52,398 nt of DNA from Octopus sinensis (taxonomy: Eukaryota), in the NCBI RefSeq assembly GCF_006345805.1, contig NW_021834921.1:1-52398 (forward strand). Reading direction: 5' to 3'. A program made the translations under genes and the position numbers. This document shows, piece by piece, positions 49,020 to 52,398 of the stretch. The stretch's first letter is position 1; every line of letters begins with the position of its first letter. The notes under the pieces are model-generated. The model had not been told where the DNA came from. It saw nothing but the letters and a program-made list of their open reading frames with translations, and searched no databases.

Positions 49020-50470
49020 ATCCGGACAGCTAAGTGATACAAAAAGGGACAAAAAAACATCCAGATAGACGATTTATTTCCTCTTTCTTCTATGGATATT
49101 ATGCTTGTCGAATTGGAGGTTTCCTTCTAGACGCTCTTTCTTAATAGCGAAGTTGATAGAGATAACGGGTCAGTACACTGAATAATTTGGTGTTTCCCAG
49201 CCAGAAGACATCAGTCAAGAAATCCCACATTGACCTGACTGGGATCCTGTCGTACATTTTATTGCTGAAGGTGGGATTGTAAGAAACATTTGTCTGCCAA
49301 AGTAGATCGGGTAACACCAAGTTGCGCTGCCAGCCCTCCGCGGTGGTCAGGTCTCTAGTGGGGTGAAATCTCAGCCCACCAGGCCCCGCAAATATACCGA
49401 ACCTGCGAACTGCAGGAAGATGAAATTGACGAGCTGTGGTCACGATTTCGTTCAGAACACGGCCGGACGCCAAGAACGGAACATCTCCCCCACCTCCTAG
49501 GGGAAGGTGGTGGGAAAGGAGGAAGGATGTGATCTGTTACGACTCGCCCTTCTTTCGAATGTCTGAAGTAACGTCCGTAGAAAATTTTCGTGATACTCTG
49601 AAATGCCCTTCCCCTGAATTGTACATAATAGCATCCACAGCATGAGTACCCTCAACCTGCCCCATTCCGCGGCTCGTAATATAGCAAGTTTAATAGCTGT
49701 TTCTATTAGGACGAAGCTTGCTAGACATTATGTGCCGAGTAACCTCAGCGGATGTTTGTTTCTTGGGTTGCTCCTAGAGTGGATGAACCAGGATCAGGCT
49801 CTTCTGCTCCGGAGTAGAAAGTAAGAGCCGGATCAACGCGGCTAAGAGCACATCAGAGAATCCCTTGGATTTGTCTCAACTTGGGCCCTTCTCTATAAAT
49901 GGTCCTCACCTAATGCACCACCACCCGTCTAAACTGGACCTAATTCATGTTGCAGGAGGTACTCCTGTAGATAACTGCCGCGCCCATGACGTTTTCCCCT
50001 ATGTAGACAATTCTTGCATAAATATGAGGTGGTTGCACAAAAGCCCAACATTTTGCTCAAGGACCACGGTTAACTCTATACGCTGAAGCATTTTGATACC
50101 TCAGCACTCCTCAAAACTGAGACTGAAAATCCATTCTCACTAACAATGTTCACTAATTAAACAATAATCTTATCACCTATGTTTGGTATTAGTCAATATT
50201 GGGGATCACGAAACTTTACCAGGGAGGTAGACGGCCAGATAAGTTAAGGGTTAGAAGTTATTTGAACACATCCTTAGCTAACGTAGCGAAATAGGAACTT
50301 ATTGCACTCATCAAAAGTGTAGGACGTTCCGATGTTACTAAATGGGGAAGTACCGGCACCGTGAAGTAAAACATTATGCAATGACCTCGAGACTTAGCCA
50401 CTTGAATTTCACCGTTACATAACTATTTTAATGATTTGCCGACAGAACATGAGCCCTTAGAAGAGATCCC
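49020..50470. other. Unidentified GC-richer, microsatellite-free island (degenerate coding-like sequence)
   Basis: Roughly half G+C by eye against an AT-rich background; stop-free minus frame at 49141-49536; no motif I can assign. Confidence 0.4.
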
Positions 50471-50666
50471 TCTCTTCCCAAATCCTGTGTGTATATATTT
50501 TATCTTTTTTTCTGTCATTTGATAGCGGACATGCTGTAGCACCACCTTGATGAATGATTAGTCGAATGAACTGAACACAGTACTTTTTTGAAACATGGTC
50601 ACGGCCCTCTACATCCTATTGTGTTATATTTGCATCACACTCAACCACACACACACACACATAATC

Positions 50667-50714
<48 letters not shown>

Positions 50715-50715
50715 T

Positions 50716-50940
50716 TCATTCAGTATGTGACCGCGTGTGTATCGTTGGCGATTCGTCTTCCTCTGTCTTCCCTTCCTTGGGTCCTTCCTTTTCCTATGTT
50801 TCTGACGAAGAGTTTCCGCTCGAAACCTTAAATCCTCCTTCTTTCTTTCTTTTCTGAGCGTCAATAAACACTATACTTTTTCAACGTCCCCCTCTCATGT
50901 TGGTGTATTCTCTTGGTATTTTCATGTTTGGATTAACTAT
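50716..50940 (+). mobile_element. Short hammerhead-bearing element between (TA)n tracts
   Basis: HHR at 50798-50833; the downstream CTGAGCGTCAATAAAC resembles CTGAGCGCCATACTAAT in the reverse complement of the 48.0-kb element. Confidence 0.6.
50798..50833 (+). ncRNA. Minimal type-I HHR motif (CUGACGA core), helix III degenerate
   Basis: GTTT-CTGACGA-A-GAGT(ttcc)GCTC-GAAA-CC-T-T-AAAT; ACCT instead of the palindromic ACGT. Confidence 0.65.
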
Positions 50941-50973
50941 ATATACGGAGATATATATAACTATATATATACA

Positions 50974-51205
50974 TAAGGCAGCGAGCTGGCAGACACGTTA
51001 GCGCACCGGGCGGAATGCTTAGCGGTATTACGTCTGTCGTTACGTTCTGAGTTTAATTCTGCCGAGGTCGACTTTGCTTTTCATCCTTTCGGGGTCGATA
51101 AATAAAAGTACCAGTTTCGCACTGGGGTCGATGTAATCGATTAATCCCTTTGTCTGTCCTTGTTTGTCCTCTCTATGTTTAGCCCCTTGTGGGCAATAAA
51201 GAAAT
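50974..51205 (+). mobile_element. Full-length family 2 SINE (tail type A)
   Basis: AAGGCAGCGAGCTGGCAGAC head through GTGGGCAATAAAGAAATA; TATATATACGGAGA is repeated at 50938-50951 and 51209-51222 (possible TSD). Confidence 0.9.
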
Positions 51206-51221
51206 ATATATATATACGGAG

Positions 51222-51560
51222 AGCTTGCTAGGACCAGGCACTAGGTCTGTGGGAAGACCGTTCTTACGATACAAGGATGTTTGCAAATGTGACATGAAGG
51301 CCTGCAACATCAATATTAGCAACTGGGAAGCAGTTGCCAGCAACCGTGGAGATTGGCGACGTACCGTAAAAGAGGGAACACAAAGGAGTGTCAGTGAGAG
51401 AGAGAGGAGAAATGGAAAGACAAGAAAAGACGTCAACAAGAAACTATGACATTATAACCATCCAGGCATAGCCTTCGCTACATTTGCAGCACCTGCCAGA
51501 GGGAGTGTTTGTCCAGGTTAGGACTACACAGCCACAGCAGATGTATTAAGACATGAAATG
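51222..51560 (+). pseudogene. RTE-clade LINE 3' fragment (thumb region + C2H2-like zinc finger)
   Basis: TRSVGRPFLRYKDVCKCDMKACNINISNWEAVASNRGDWRRTV, then after a frameshift YICSTCQRECLSRLGLHSHSRC. Confidence 0.85.
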
Positions 51561-52398
51561 TAAAAACTGAACTAGATTATTTTATGCGCAATTCCATTGT
51601 TTCCCGAGACGAAAAGGATGCCAACAACAACAACAACAACTGCTATTCAGTATCTCTCTATATAATAATAAACAAATACGACAATTATTATCGATTTTAT
51701 CGTATATTTTCTAATATTGTGACAGTCACACTATTTCAGTTGGTCTGTGTGTGGGTGTCAGTTCATTAGGAGAAATACGTCACAAATATACAATATTACA
51801 AGCGTTGCTTAAAAATTAAGAAACTACAATTGAAAAAATCGCACGCTCAAAAGAGTCACAGAATGCATAATAAACTTTAAAACTTATGAGACTAGCATTG
51901 CTGCTCAAAAATATTGAATTCGCTGTATGTTGGACATTCTGTGGCATTCTTTTATCACAAGAAATGTGTTTAGTTCAATCCAAATTAAGTTATATTAGGA
52001 AATAATTATGTTAAATTATCGTATACTCTTAAAAAAATAATTGTGTACAAATACTAATGTCATCTTTTTGCAGTAACTCAATCTATGAATGGTAATTTTT
52101 TATAAATTTACAAGTATCAATGAAAAATAATTTAGTAAAAATTTGCTTAATTCGCATAACTATTCCATGAATATGCGTATCATAATGCGAAATATCTTTG
52201 CTTATAATTATTTTGGTATCTTACTTTCGCTGTTATATTGAGTCGACTTCATCATAAACCATTTTTTTAAAAAATATTAATATGGCAATGTGTATGCAGT
52301 GTTAAATATGGTTTTATATATTTTGGTATAATGAGTATTATATGAATTTACTTATTCAAGTTAAATATCATATTTTCTACATTTTCAAATATTTATAT

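Noticed and set aside
1-52398. CRISPR arrays, rRNA genes, prokaryotic operons
   Set aside because: No regularly spaced repeat-spacer array or rRNA-like sequence; the DNA is eukaryotic and repeat-rich.

Overview
Repeat-saturated, AT-rich eukaryotic DNA. The microsatellite load and tRNA-derived SINE families suggest a coleoid cephalopod, probably an octopus (inference). I could not support any host protein-coding exon; nearly all listed ORFs are microsatellite read-throughs. The window is a TE and microsatellite mosaic. It holds a 5'-truncated Penelope-like element (RT + GIY-YIG) with a ~740-bp inverted terminal duplication, an R4/Dong-type RLE retrotransposon embedded in (TAA)n, RTE and CR1-group remnants, pogo/Tigger and mariner-type transposase fragments, two non-autonomous Helitrons, two copies of a MITE with 8-bp TSDs, and about 30 SINE copies or fragments from at least 3 families. 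The most interesting signal, read by eye, is eight type-I hammerhead ribozyme (HHR) motifs. Two lie in the Penelope repeats. Five lie in short non-coding elements whose HHR sits ~90-105 nt upstream of a (TA)n tract, and two of these share an unusual CUGUUGA core. One has a long helix II and lies in a ~640-bp insertion with ~68-bp direct terminal repeats (569-bp monomer), a retrozyme-like architecture. A ~1.4-kb GC-richer, microsatellite-free island at 49.0-50.5 kb is unidentified.
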